Assembly (NCBI GenBank): GCA_030638575.1
Contig: DAOWEJ010000103.1
Location: forward strand, 5,417-69,416
Direction of reading: 5' to 3'
DNA: 64,000 bases
From: Deltaproteobacteria bacterium
Lineage (GTDB): Bacteria > Desulfobacterota > Desulfobacteria > Desulfobacterales > JAUWMJ01
Below are positions 54,383-63,309 of this stretch, piece after piece; position 1 is the stretch's first letter, and each line of letters begins with the position of its first letter. The notes beneath the pieces are model-generated. The model had not been told where the DNA came from. It searched no databases and saw only the letters and a program-made list of their open reading frames with translations. The position numbers and the translations under genes are program-made.

Positions 54383-55357
54383 TTAGTTTATATTGAATTT
54401 TTTACGGTATTCGGGAATAGTTTCAATCGGTGGTCTTTCAAAGCCCTCGATTTTCAGTATATCCGGCTTAATTTCGCTTTTAACAAGATTATACTGTATC
54501 ATTTCGCAATAAATATCTTTTTTTAAATCGATCATTTCAAGTTTTTCTATGCGATTTAAAAATGTCTTAAGAATAACAAAGGACATTTTCCCTAAAGCTT
54601 TAGTATCCTGGTTTCTGTGAACACGCTTTTCAAGATCCACCTGCGCAATAACGTCAAATCCCCATTTTTCACAGATATCTAGGATCATGCTGGTTTCAAC
54701 ACCGTATCCTATGGGAAAAGGTATTTTTTCAAATATTTCCCGAAAGCCGGCATATTCACCGGATAAAGGTTGTATTATTTGTGTCAATTCAGGGAAAAAG
54801 AGTGAAAACATAGGCCTGATAACAAGTTCGGTAACTCTCCCGCCCCCTGTGGGTCTGATCTTATTCTTTCCGATAGCAATAGGCCTGTCGTAAAAGGCCT
54901 TTGCATATTTAATATTATCATAAAGAAGAAGCGGCGCTATAAGGCCGTATGCGAACCTGTGGTGAATATTTTTAATGTCTGCATCAAGATAAATAATAAT
55001 GTCACCCTTGGTTACATAAAGTGCCTTCCAGAGATTTTCGCCTTTTCCTTTAAATTTTTCAAGGTCAGGTAAAATACTATCTGCCTCATAGACATCTGCA
55101 CCAAAAGCTTTTGCAACTTCCAAAGTTTTATCTTTCGAACCGGAATCGATAACAACAATTTCATCTAAAAGCTCATGGCGGGTCATGAGTTCAGATTTCA
55201 TAATAATTATTTCTTTAGCAATGGTCTTTTCTTCATTAAGTGTAGGTAGGCATAATGATATTGAAAGGTTTTTCTTCCTCTTTTCTTTAACAAGACGGTT
55301 TAAGTCGGTGAACTCAGAGTAATGGAAAGTGTTTTTTTTAAGCCAGTTGTTATTCAT
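54383..55357 (-). CDS. gpgS: Glucosyl-3-phosphoglycerate synthase-like GT-A glycosyltransferase
   Basis: SLCLPTLNEEKTI...VIDSGSKD...YLDADI. ATG 55357 overlaps the M20 stop (ATGAATAA), which favours this start over the track's 55369. Confidence 0.65.
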   Translation of the reverse strand: MNNNWLKKNTFHYSEFTDLNRLVKEKRKKNLSISLCLPTLNEEKTIAKEIIIMKSELMTRHELLDEIVVIDSGSKDKTLEVAKAFGADVYEADSILPDLEKFKGKGENLWKALYVTKGDIIIYLDADIKNIHHRFAYGLIAPLLLYDNIKYAKAFYDRPIAIGKNKIRPTGGGRVTELVIRPMFSLFFPELTQIIQPLSGEYAGFREIFEKIPFPIGYGVETSMILDICEKWGFDVIAQVDLEKRVHRNQDTKALGKMSFVILKTFLNRIEKLEMIDLKKDIYCEMIQYNLVKSEIKPDILKIEGFERPPIETIPEYRKKFNIN

Positions 55358-56513
55358 CACACACTCCATTGTCTATGGACATGATTATACCTATGATTTG
55401 GGCGATTCCCTTAAATATCGGTTCTATTTCTACTTGAGCGTTTTTTTGGTGATAATTTTCTCCATGTGTAATTCCCAGTGTAATGGCAGGTATCTTCCTT
55501 GAGAGAAAAATAGAAAGCTCCGACTCACTGGGGCCGCCCGCAGGTTTGATCCCCAGTTCTTTCATCACTTCCCTTGCACTTTTTACCAGAGGATGATTAT
55601 ATTTTAATGTTGATGCATTAAGATTACTTATGGTCTTAAGGTTAAGTTCAACTTCATATTCGTGGCTTATACCTTCTATTATATCTTTGACATCGTTGAA
55701 AATTGATTTCACCATTTTGTCGGAATCGCTTTGTATTTCAAAACCGAGTGTTGCTTCATATGCGATTTCTCCATGCTTGAAGCCGCCGGATATTTTTCCG
55801 ATTATTACCCTTGATCGTGGTCTTTGAGGCAGGCGTAACTTCATTATCTGGTTGATTACTTCGTTTAGTATTAGTATTGCGTTTGGCTTGAATTTGTGTT
55901 TCTCTCCGTTTAAAGTAGAGATGTTACAAGCGGCTTCGCATCTAACCATTCCGGAAGAGTAATAATTGAGCCTGCCGAGTTCCATCGCCTCAATGCAGAC
56001 AGCTCCCCTGATAGGAGTCGGCCATGTTTTTACAAGGTGCCGGACACCACGCAAATTGCCTTTTCCCATTGATTGTATAACACCGGCAAGAACTATATCG
56101 GACTTAAAGCGAAGATCCAATTTTCGAAAGATTTCAGGGAGTGAAACCAGAACCCCGGCGCCGACTGAATTGTCTGTAACTCCAGGTCCTGTAATTGAAT
56201 TCTCCTTTACGATAAAATTGTGATCGACATCCTTGTCAAAAATTGTATCAATATGTGCAACGATTAAAATGGGTGGGTTGGACCCGGAACTTCCCCTTAT
56301 TATTCCGATGGGATTTCTATAGCCGTCGGTTGTACATTCATCAATCTGACATTCGGCCAACCGGTCCATGATAATTCTTGTGCGTCTTTTTTCTTTAAAT
56401 GTGGGAGAAGGGATCTGGCCGATTAAGACTATGTTAGCTATAATCGTCTCTTTTATGGATTCAATGGCATCTACGAATGACGATAGCTTATCAAGGTGGT
56501 TATTCATAATCAC
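55350..56513 (-). CDS. M20/M42-family metallopeptidase/deacylase
   Basis: VAHIDTIFD, TDNSVGAGV and a later E-rich metal site, in an ArgE/DapE-like layout. Confidence 0.7.
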   Translation of the reverse strand: MIMNNHLDKLSSFVDAIESIKETIIANIVLIGQIPSPTFKEKRRTRIIMDRLAECQIDECTTDGYRNPIGIIRGSSGSNPPILIVAHIDTIFDKDVDHNFIVKENSITGPGVTDNSVGAGVLVSLPEIFRKLDLRFKSDIVLAGVIQSMGKGNLRGVRHLVKTWPTPIRGAVCIEAMELGRLNYYSSGMVRCEAACNISTLNGEKHKFKPNAILILNEVINQIMKLRLPQRPRSRVIIGKISGGFKHGEIAYEATLGFEIQSDSDKMVKSIFNDVKDIIEGISHEYEVELNLKTISNLNASTLKYNHPLVKSAREVMKELGIKPAGGPSESELSIFLSRKIPAITLGITHGENYHQKNAQVEIEPIFKGIAQIIGIIMSIDNGVCDE

Positions 56514-56640
56514 TCCCTTTCCAATAATATTGAATATACCAAAAAGCAGGAAAAGGTCAATATATCTTTATTTATATGGTTTTCTTTTGAGTTCTTTGTA
56601 ATTTTGTGGTTGAAATAAAGGTCTAGAATAGGAGGTAGCC

Positions 56641-57438
56641 TTGAGAATTGCAATATCAGCCGATGGCCCAAATTTAGAATCAAAAGTAGGGCAAAGGTTC
56701 GGAACTTCAAAATACTTTGTTATCATTGATAAGGAAACAATGGCCTTTGAGTCGGTGCCGAATCCCGGCGCATCAAGCTTACATGGCGCAGGCGTAGAGG
56801 CTATTGTACTTGTTGTCAGTAAAAAAGTCGATACGGTTTTAACAGGATACTGCAGTCCTACCGCCATGAATCATCTCTTAAACAACGGTATAGAAATACT
56901 GACAGGTGTTGAGGGAAGTATATCCGAGGTCGTGGAGAAGTATAAAAAGGGTGAATTAATGGAAAATATGGGAGTTGAGCACAAAATTGAATCAGGGAGC
57001 AGTGAAATTAACAGGGTTGTTTTTATTCGCTCCCTTAAAAGCTCAGCCAGACAGTTTGTCAACATTCTGCCCACACTGTCAGGGGTTGTGTTGCTCATAG
57101 GGATGTTCAACACACTATTGTCAAAAGAGCTTTTATCCTCCGTTTTTTCGGGGAACGCAGCTCCGGACACCCTTTGGGGAGCATGTTTCGGCAGTATTTT
57201 TGCCGGAAATCCTGTTAACAGTTATATCATTGGGGGTGAGTTGCTGAAATATGGTATCAGCCTGTTCGCAGTTACGGCTATTATTATAACATGGGTGACT
57301 GTGGGTTTGGTACAAATGCCGGCTGAAATGGCAGCTCTGGGCAGAAGGTTTGCACTGGTAAGAAATATCGTTTCCTTTTTTATAGCCATAGCTATCTCAA
57401 TTTTAACTGTAACGGTTTTGAACTTTATCATAGGGTGA
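56641..57438 (+). CDS. NifX/NifB-like (dinitrogenase FeMo-cofactor-binding fold) domain fused to a permease half
   Basis: N-terminus: MRIAISADG...VGQRFGTSKYFVIID...GAGVEAI...TGYCSP...NGIEIL. C-terminal TM helices follow. TTG start. Confidence 0.6.
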   Translation: MRIAISADGPNLESKVGQRFGTSKYFVIIDKETMAFESVPNPGASSLHGAGVEAIVLVVSKKVDTVLTGYCSPTAMNHLLNNGIEILTGVEGSISEVVEKYKKGELMENMGVEHKIESGSSEINRVVFIRSLKSSARQFVNILPTLSGVVLLIGMFNTLLSKELLSSVFSGNAAPDTLWGACFGSIFAGNPVNSYIIGGELLKYGISLFAVTAIIITWVTVGLVQMPAEMAALGRRFALVRNIVSFFIAIAISILTVTVLNFIIG

Positions 57439-57444
57439 ATTAAA

Positions 57445-57969
57445 GTGAATGGTGAGAAATCACAGAGCATTACATGGAAAAAACGCGTGATTCGGTCGTT
57501 TATTTTTCCCTTTTTAGTACTGCTGATTTACGGGGTCCTTTTTGCTGTTATGCCTGAGAAAGCAATTGCAGCATTTAGTAGCAGCGAAAGGGTTTTACTT
57601 AACATAATTGTACCCCTTGGTTTTGTTTTCATCCTTTTGGTGGTTTTTAATATTTTTTTAAAGCCGGTAAATATCATAAAGTTTTTAGGAAAAGAATCCG
57701 GTATTAAGGGAATGGTGCTTTCTTCGGCAGCGGGGATCGTTTCTGTGGGGCCAGTTTATGCCTGGTATCCTTTGCTAAAGGAACTTCGGGAAAAAGGGGC
57801 AATGAACTTTCTTATTGCTGTTTTTATAAACAGCAGGGCTGTAAAGCCTTTTCTTTTGCCTGTGATGATTTCATATTTTGGTTTAAAATATGTGATAATA
57901 CTGACAATCTTTACCATCGCAGGATCATTTGTTGCCGGGTACTTTACCGGCGCTCTTACCAAAGATTAA
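57445..57969 (+). CDS. Permease second half (partner of the preceding gene)
   Basis: 174 aa with 4-5 TM helices. GTG start 6 nt after the upstream stop. Confidence 0.55.
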   Translation: MNGEKSQSITWKKRVIRSFIFPFLVLLIYGVLFAVMPEKAIAAFSSSERVLLNIIVPLGFVFILLVVFNIFLKPVNIIKFLGKESGIKGMVLSSAAGIVSVGPVYAWYPLLKELREKGAMNFLIAVFINSRAVKPFLLPVMISYFGLKYVIILTIFTIAGSFVAGYFTGALTKD

Positions 57970-57981
57970 CAAATTTTTTAA

Positions 57982-58256
57982 CTACTCAGGTTCACAGTTC
58001 AAGGGTTCACGGTTCAAGGTTGAAAAGAGATGAAGATTGAACGATTTGAAGACATTGAGGCTTGGCAACTGGCGCGCGAGTTGACACAAAAAGTGTACAG
58101 ACTGACGAAGAGTACATATCTTCCGGCGAATTTAAAGATACATATGAGCTGGCCAGACGAACCCGTGCTGTTGTTCGTGAATTCATCAACTATCTCAAAA
58201 AATATGAAGAGCACAAAGCAACTAACCGTGAACCGTGAACCCTGAACCTGAGTAGT
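57982..58256. mobile_element. Family D heptad-arm hairpin, copy D4 (occupied by a gene remnant)
   Basis: ACTACTCAGGTTCACAGTTCAAGGGTTCACGGTTCAAGG ... AACCGTGAACCGTGAACCCTGAACCTGAGTAGT. The outermost 10 nt are perfectly complementary. Confidence 0.75.
58030..58242 (+). pseudogene. Decayed four-helix-bundle protein gene (23S rRNA intervening-sequence protein family)
   Basis: MKIERFEDIEAWQLARELTQKVYRLT matches the family N-terminus. The family-like C-terminus EYISSGEFKDTYELARRTRAVVREFINYLKKYEE is in the -1 frame. The middle ~50 aa are missing. Confidence 0.7.
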
Positions 58257-58268
58257 TGCCAAACTTGA

Positions 58269-59789
58269 CTACTTCTTATTAAAGTACTGCACAATCGCTT
58301 TGCACAACCCTGGTATTGTGAAAAATTCTGCAGTGATATGAACCTCAAAACCCAATTTCCGGGCTGTTTCTGAAGTTATGGGACCGATACTCGCAATGGT
58401 AACGCCTTGCAAAAGGGTTTTGAAGTTTTCGGAGGGCAAAAGCTCTTTGAAATTTTTTACCGTGGATGAACTCGTAAATGTTATAAGATCTATTTTTTTT
58501 TCTTCAAGTTGTTTTAAAATCAGATCAGCGTTATCGCGAACCTTTTCGGTACAGTATGCGGTAATTTCATCAACATCGGCCCCCATTTTTTTAAGCTCAA
58601 CAGGAAGAACCGGTCTTGCTTCCCGGGCTCGGGGGAGGAGTATTTTTTTTCCGTTTATATCTTCTTTTTCAAAAGCCTGAGCAACAGATTCAGCTCTGTA
58701 GCTTTCAGGGATAATATCGCTGTTTAACCCGAAATCTAAAAGTTTTCTTGCAGTGGCAGGGCCTATGGTTACTGTTTGTATATTGTGCAAAACTCGTACA
58801 TCCATACCTTTTGCAAAAAGCCTTTCAAAGAAGAATTTTACACCGTTTACACTTGTAAAGATCAGCCAGTCATAGGCATGAAGGTTTTCGATTGCCGAGT
58901 CAAGGGGCTTAAAGTCATCCGGTGGCTGCACATTAATGGTTGGGCATTCCAGACACTCGGCGCCAAGATCGGAGAGGAGCTTTACAAGGTCGCTCGCCTG
59001 TTCACGAGCCCTGGTTATCACGACTTTTTTCCCAAACAACGGCCGGTTCTCAAACCATTTCATTTTTTGCCTGAGTTTAACGACATCGCCGACAACAATT
59101 ATCGCCGGCGCTTTCAGTCCGGCTTTGTTTATAATGCTTACAATCGTTTCAAGTGTTCCTGTGACAGTAACCTGTCTGGATGTTGTTCCCCAACGCACTA
59201 CCGCTACCGGAGTTTTTGGAGACTTGCCATGGTGGATAAGCTGACGGGTAATATGTGGCAGGTTTTTTACACCCATAAGAAAAACAAGGGTGCCTATACC
59301 CTTTGATATGGATGCCCAGTCAATACCGGATTGGGTTTTTTCGGGATCTTCATGGCCTGTAATAAAGGCAAGGGTGGATGTGAATTTTCTATGGGTTAGG
59401 GGTATTCCGGCATAAGCCGGAGCTGCAATTGCAGAAGTTACTCCGGGAACGATTTCGAACTCAATATTATTATCTATAAGTACTTGTGCTTCTTCTCCAC
59501 CCCGCCCGAAGATAAAGGGGTCCCCTCCTTTTAGCCGTGCGACCGTAGCCCCTGATTTCGCTTTTTCAACCAAAAGTTTGTTTATCCTGTCTTGAGACAG
59601 GGTGTGGTCCCCTCCTTTTTTCCCGACATAGATTATCTGTGCTTTTTTGGAGGCTTGTTTCAAAAGGGACGGGGATGCAAGGTAATCATAAATAATAACA
59701 TCAGCTATGCCTATGCATTCCAGCCCCTTTACGGTTATCAGCCCCGGGTCACCGGGTCCTGCGCCGATTAAATAAACTTTACCAGTCAT
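58269..59789 (-). CDS. cobA-hemD: Fused uroporphyrinogen-III C-methyltransferase / uroporphyrinogen-III synthase
   Basis: SUMT N-terminus (VYLIGAGPGDPGLITVKG, GGDPFIFGRGGEE) followed by a HemD-like C-terminal half. Confidence 0.9.
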   Translation of the reverse strand: MTGKVYLIGAGPGDPGLITVKGLECIGIADVIIYDYLASPSLLKQASKKAQIIYVGKKGGDHTLSQDRINKLLVEKAKSGATVARLKGGDPFIFGRGGEEAQVLIDNNIEFEIVPGVTSAIAAPAYAGIPLTHRKFTSTLAFITGHEDPEKTQSGIDWASISKGIGTLVFLMGVKNLPHITRQLIHHGKSPKTPVAVVRWGTTSRQVTVTGTLETIVSIINKAGLKAPAIIVVGDVVKLRQKMKWFENRPLFGKKVVITRAREQASDLVKLLSDLGAECLECPTINVQPPDDFKPLDSAIENLHAYDWLIFTSVNGVKFFFERLFAKGMDVRVLHNIQTVTIGPATARKLLDFGLNSDIIPESYRAESVAQAFEKEDINGKKILLPRAREARPVLPVELKKMGADVDEITAYCTEKVRDNADLILKQLEEKKIDLITFTSSSTVKNFKELLPSENFKTLLQGVTIASIGPITSETARKLGFEVHITAEFFTIPGLCKAIVQYFNKK

Positions 59790-59811
59790 TTTTTATAAAA
59801 TACCTGCTTGT

Positions 59812-59905
59812 AACATTTTAGCTATTTTAAAAGCCGTATTAAGTTGATCCGGTTTTAAACAGCCCCCGTCTTAAAACCGAATTACCTGAATGCTTATTTT
59901 AGTAT
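59812..59905 (+). repeat. Family E palindromic repeat, copy E4
   Basis: AACATTTTAGCTATTTTAAAAGCCGTATTAAGTTGATCCGGTTTTAAAC...CTTAAAACCGAATTACCTGAATGCTTATTTTAG. Confidence 0.5.
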
Positions 59906-59929
59906 ATCTTACAATAGGCTAAATTAATT

Positions 59930-60268
59930 GAGGGGTCGGGGAGTTTCTCCACTAAAGCCTTTTTGATAAACCGTTAGCGCTTTACTGATTGAGACCGGTC
60001 CGTCCGAGGAATAAGCCAATAGCCCGTGCAAGCCTTAACAAATGAGAATAGTACTCTGTACACGCCCCCTATCTTTTGCGCGAAGCCGATACAGGCAGAG
60101 ACGATCATCGCCGCCGTGAGAATCAGTCTACTGGGGCTGACTCAAATCTAATCTCAGCGAGATAGCTGCCGTACAAAAGTTCCCATATAATATTGTTAAT
60201 GTTTGCACGGGCTATGGGCTTATTTCTCGGGCGGACAGAATAGAGATTGAAAAATTCCCCGACCCCTC
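59930..60268 (+). mobile_element. Element C, copy C2
   Basis: TIR GAGGGGTCGGGGAGTTT.../...AATTCCCCGACCCCTC. 8-bp direct repeat AATTAATT (59922-59929 and 60269-60276). Inner stem 60000-60041 / 60193-60234. The core is homologous to C1. Confidence 0.85.
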
Positions 60269-60270
60269 AA

Positions 60271-61203
60271 TTAATTACCTGATTTAAGTTTTTTCAATAT
60301 TTCATCTGCGCCCATTGAAAGAAGTCGCTGTGCAAGCTGCACTCCGATTTTTTCCGATAACGCTTCGGATCCTGAACAGGTATCCTTAACAATGGTTTTT
60401 CCGTCTATATCTGCAACAAGTCCACATAGTGTGTAATTATTATCTTTTATTTCTCCATGTGCTGCAACAGGTATCTGACAACTTCCTTCCAGGTGATGTA
60501 AAAATGCACGTTCACCCATAACGATCGACCGTGTTTCCGGGTGATTCAGGCCTGAGACGATTTCATCAATTTCAGGGTCATTTTCTCTGATTTCAATACA
60601 CAGAGCGCCCTGACCGACTGCCGGGAGCATAATATCATAATCAAGATACTCGGTTATCCTGTTTTCGAGATTAAGGCGTTTTACACCTGCTGCAGCCAGA
60701 ACGATAGCATCCATATTGCCTGTTTCAAGTTTTTTAATGCGAGTGTTAAGATTCCCCCTTAAAGGGAGTATAACACAGTCCGGCTTTACATGGCGAAGCT
60801 GTGCGGCACGCCTTAAGCTGCTGGTGCCTATACGCGCCGAGGGGCCAAGCTCAGAGAGCCCAAGTCCTTTTTTTGAAATGAGAACATCCGAAGGAATTTC
60901 CCGCTCCGGTACCGGCCCGATGCACAAACCGTCAGGCAGGTCGGCGGGCATGTCTTTCATACTGTGAACGGCAAGATCGATGCGCCGATCCAAAAGTGCT
61001 TCTTCTATCTCTTTTACAAAAAGCCCTTTTCCTCCGACTTTAGCCAGGGGGACATCAAGGATTTTATCTCCTTTTGTCTTTATGACAACGATTTCAATGG
61101 AAAGGGAGGGGTGTATTCTTCTTAAGTTTGATTTAGTCCAGTTTGCCTGCCAGAGAGCGAGCTTGCTCCCTCTTGTTCCGATTCGGATATTGGATTTGCC
61201 CAT
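60271..61203 (-). CDS. hemC: Hydroxymethylbilane synthase (porphobilinogen deaminase)
   Basis: IRIGTRGSKLALWQA...KGLFVKEIE...HSMKD...RGN..TR are HemC signatures. Confidence 0.95.
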   Translation of the reverse strand: MGKSNIRIGTRGSKLALWQANWTKSNLRRIHPSLSIEIVVIKTKGDKILDVPLAKVGGKGLFVKEIEEALLDRRIDLAVHSMKDMPADLPDGLCIGPVPEREIPSDVLISKKGLGLSELGPSARIGTSSLRRAAQLRHVKPDCVILPLRGNLNTRIKKLETGNMDAIVLAAAGVKRLNLENRITEYLDYDIMLPAVGQGALCIEIRENDPEIDEIVSGLNHPETRSIVMGERAFLHHLEGSCQIPVAAHGEIKDNNYTLCGLVADIDGKTIVKDTCSGSEALSEKIGVQLAQRLLSMGADEILKKLKSGN

Positions 61204-61433
61204 CAGTGGCTACAGCTTGAACAACTGGTTGCCGAACACCCGTTGCAGGATGATGAAGAAGCGGATGAGGAAACCGTTTCTCCGCTGCTCCCCTTACTGA
61301 CAAAGCCGCACGCAGACATCATTCGTAATACTTTTTTACTGCTGCATGATGGACAATCCGGCTTTTCAGATCCAAAGACAAGGTATTCAAAGTCATTATT
61401 GCAGTTTTCACAATGATATTCATAAATCGGCAT
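61203..61433 (-). CDS. FmdB-family zinc-ribbon protein
   Basis: MPIYEYHCENC...CPSC with a Ser/Cys-rich tail. TGATG overlap with the hemC start. Confidence 0.8.
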   Translation of the reverse strand: MPIYEYHCENCNNDFEYLVFGSEKPDCPSCSSKKVLRMMSACGFVSKGSSGETVSSSASSSSCNGCSATSCSSCSH

Positions 61434-61535
61434 TTTGATAACTCCTTATAATTTTGCCGCTATGGGGATGCTTTATAATTCCTTATGATATAGATTTAAT
61501 AAACATGAATAACCTATACGTCAAGTATGATGATA

Positions 61536-62483
61536 TTATTTTAGCTTTTCTATTATCCCGGCAGCAATAAGTGGGAGCATGATTTCATGGTGGCCTACAA
61601 GATTAAAACCCTGACCGCCTTTGGATGTGGGTCTGTTAACAACATTGGTCATGGGGCGGTAGTGCTTAATAAAATCCATATTAACGGTAGTGAAGTTTTC
61701 CAGGGTGTGGCCTAAATTCCTGACAATTGTTATTGCCTTTAAAAAAACTTCAGGGAGTATAACTGCAGAGCCGACATTTAAGTAAACCCCGCCTTCAAGT
61801 GTGGATGTGACGGACGCGAGGGTTCGAAAATCCCTGTGGGTCGCTCCACCTGCTTCTTTTGGATCAAAACCGGGGTGCATGTGAATGATGTCTGTTCCCA
61901 TGGCAACGTGTATTGTGACGGGAATATCCAGATTTACGCCTGCAGCTAAAATGCTTTTGTCCTTTATGGGCAGATTCTGATCGATTATTGACTGTCCGAC
62001 GGCTTCCCCCATGCCAATTGATTCGCGGCCTGCTTTTTTTATGGCATCACTTAAAAAAATACCGGTTTCATGGGACATTCCGAATGAACCGTTTCCGATG
62101 GAGGCTGCAACATCTTCCGATGTCCGGCCGGTCATGGCGACTTCGAGATCGTGGATAATACCGGCGCCGTTCATGGCAACGGCGGTGATAATTTTACGTT
62201 TCATAAGATCTATTACAACAGGATTCAATCCCACTTTTATAACGTGCGCACCCATGCCGAATAGAACGGTTTTTTTATTCTGAAAGGCGGTTACAATAGA
62301 AGATATGACAGCTTTTAAGTCTTTACCGGCAAGTATGTCGGGAAGCGAGTCGATAAAGTCTGAAAAACTGCATCCTTTGCTTGAAGTTTTGGCAAAATCA
62401 GCCGTACTCACCTTGCTCTTTCTTTTTGAAACAGGGTATGTTTTCAGGCGGCTTAGATCTATGGGTTTAAATTTATGCGGCAT
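61536..62483 (-). CDS. Deoxyhypusine-synthase-like protein
   Basis: GMGAHVIKVGLNPVVIDLM...AMNGAGIIHDLE...HVAMGTDIIH is DHS-like in my reading. Start set at ATG 62483, because the track's 53 upstream codons are a translation of MITE A6. Confidence 0.5.
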   Translation of the reverse strand: MPHKFKPIDLSRLKTYPVSKRKSKVSTADFAKTSSKGCSFSDFIDSLPDILAGKDLKAVISSIVTAFQNKKTVLFGMGAHVIKVGLNPVVIDLMKRKIITAVAMNGAGIIHDLEVAMTGRTSEDVAASIGNGSFGMSHETGIFLSDAIKKAGRESIGMGEAVGQSIIDQNLPIKDKSILAAGVNLDIPVTIHVAMGTDIIHMHPGFDPKEAGGATHRDFRTLASVTSTLEGGVYLNVGSAVILPEVFLKAITIVRNLGHTLENFTTVNMDFIKHYRPMTNVVNRPTSKGGQGFNLVGHHEIMLPLIAAGIIEKLK

Positions 62484-62495
62484 GGCTGCTTTCAA

Positions 62496-62637
62496 GAGAC
62501 CTTTGCAAAACGGCACTTTTTGTCCGATTTCTGCGTCAGGCTCAAATTTTAATCCTCGAAATACTCCATGTATTCCTGTGGTTAAAATTTTCGCCTTCCT
62601 TGAACTCGAACAAAAATTACCATTTTTCAAAGGTCTC
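62496..62637 (+). mobile_element. MITE-like repeat family A, copy A6
   Basis: Canonical termini. 5-bp direct repeat TTCAA (62491-62495 and 62638-62642). Lies 13 nt upstream of the DHS-like start. Confidence 0.9.
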
Positions 62638-62723
62638 TTCAATTCCTACTAAATTTTTTTAATGTATCCTTTTGCGAAACAGGCAAAAAGGAGTATTCAG
62701 ATGATCCGGCTTTATCTGAAGAT

Positions 62724-63308
62724 TTAAAGTGCTGCAAACTCTTCCGGGAACAAAATACGGTCAACAAGATCGCATAAAATATGTCCCAGCGTAATATGGG
62801 TCTCTTGAATTCTTGCCGTTGTATCAGACTCAACCGACAATACCAGGTCGGCGCACGAGGCCAGTGTGCCACCTCGACCTGTCATGCCGATAGTAAAGAT
62901 TCCGGTTTTTTTTGCAGTATCTATCGCTTTTATAATATTTTTTGAATTTCCGCTGGTGCTGATTCCTATGGCTATATCGTCTTTATTGCCTATGGCTGTT
63001 ATTTGCTTGGAAAATATTTCGTCAAAATTATAATCGTTTCCAATGCTTGTTATTATAGATGTGTCCGTAGTCAAGGCGATGGCAGCAAGGGGTGGGCGTT
63101 CAATTTCAAAGCGGTTTACAAATTCCGCTGCAATGTGCTGGGCATCGGCAGCGCTGCCTCCGTTGCCGAAAATAAGAACTTTATGGCCGGAAGTAATACA
63201 CCCGGCAATCATATCAGCACCTTTGACAAGGAGGTCAATATTTCTTTTTACGCAGTTGCTCTTAACATCAATACTTTCTTTAAGTATATTTAAAATGGCC
63301 TCTTTCAT
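62724..63308 (-). CDS. gmhA: SIS-domain phosphoheptose isomerase (GmhA/DiaA-like)
   Basis: FGNGGSAADAQHIAAEF...ISTSGNSKNI...TG. Start set at MKEAILN (ATG 63308), directly after the upstream TPR gene stop. Confidence 0.85.
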   Translation of the reverse strand: MKEAILNILKESIDVKSNCVKRNIDLLVKGADMIAGCITSGHKVLIFGNGGSAADAQHIAAEFVNRFEIERPPLAAIALTTDTSIITSIGNDYNFDEIFSKQITAIGNKDDIAIGISTSGNSKNIIKAIDTAKKTGIFTIGMTGRGGTLASCADLVLSVESDTTARIQETHITLGHILCDLVDRILFPEEFAAL

Positions 63309-63309
63309 T

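Noticed and set aside
58030-58245. Intact small gene for a four-helix-bundle protein.
   Set aside because: Only the first ~26 aa fit the family. The family-like C-terminus is in another frame and the middle is missing, so I call it a pseudogene.
3941-62637. CRISPR array formed by the recurring hairpin repeats.
   Set aside because: The copies are tens of kb apart, differ in length and orientation, carry TIRs and target duplications, and lack regular repeat-spacer periodicity. No cas genes are present.
62484-62642. N-terminal 53 residues of the track ORF 61536..62642 (MKRPLKNGNFCSS...).
   Set aside because: This stretch is a translation of MITE A6. The same peptide-like strings appear wherever family A occurs (for example ORFs 37980..38198 and 38024..38299). 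The real start is taken as ATG 62483.
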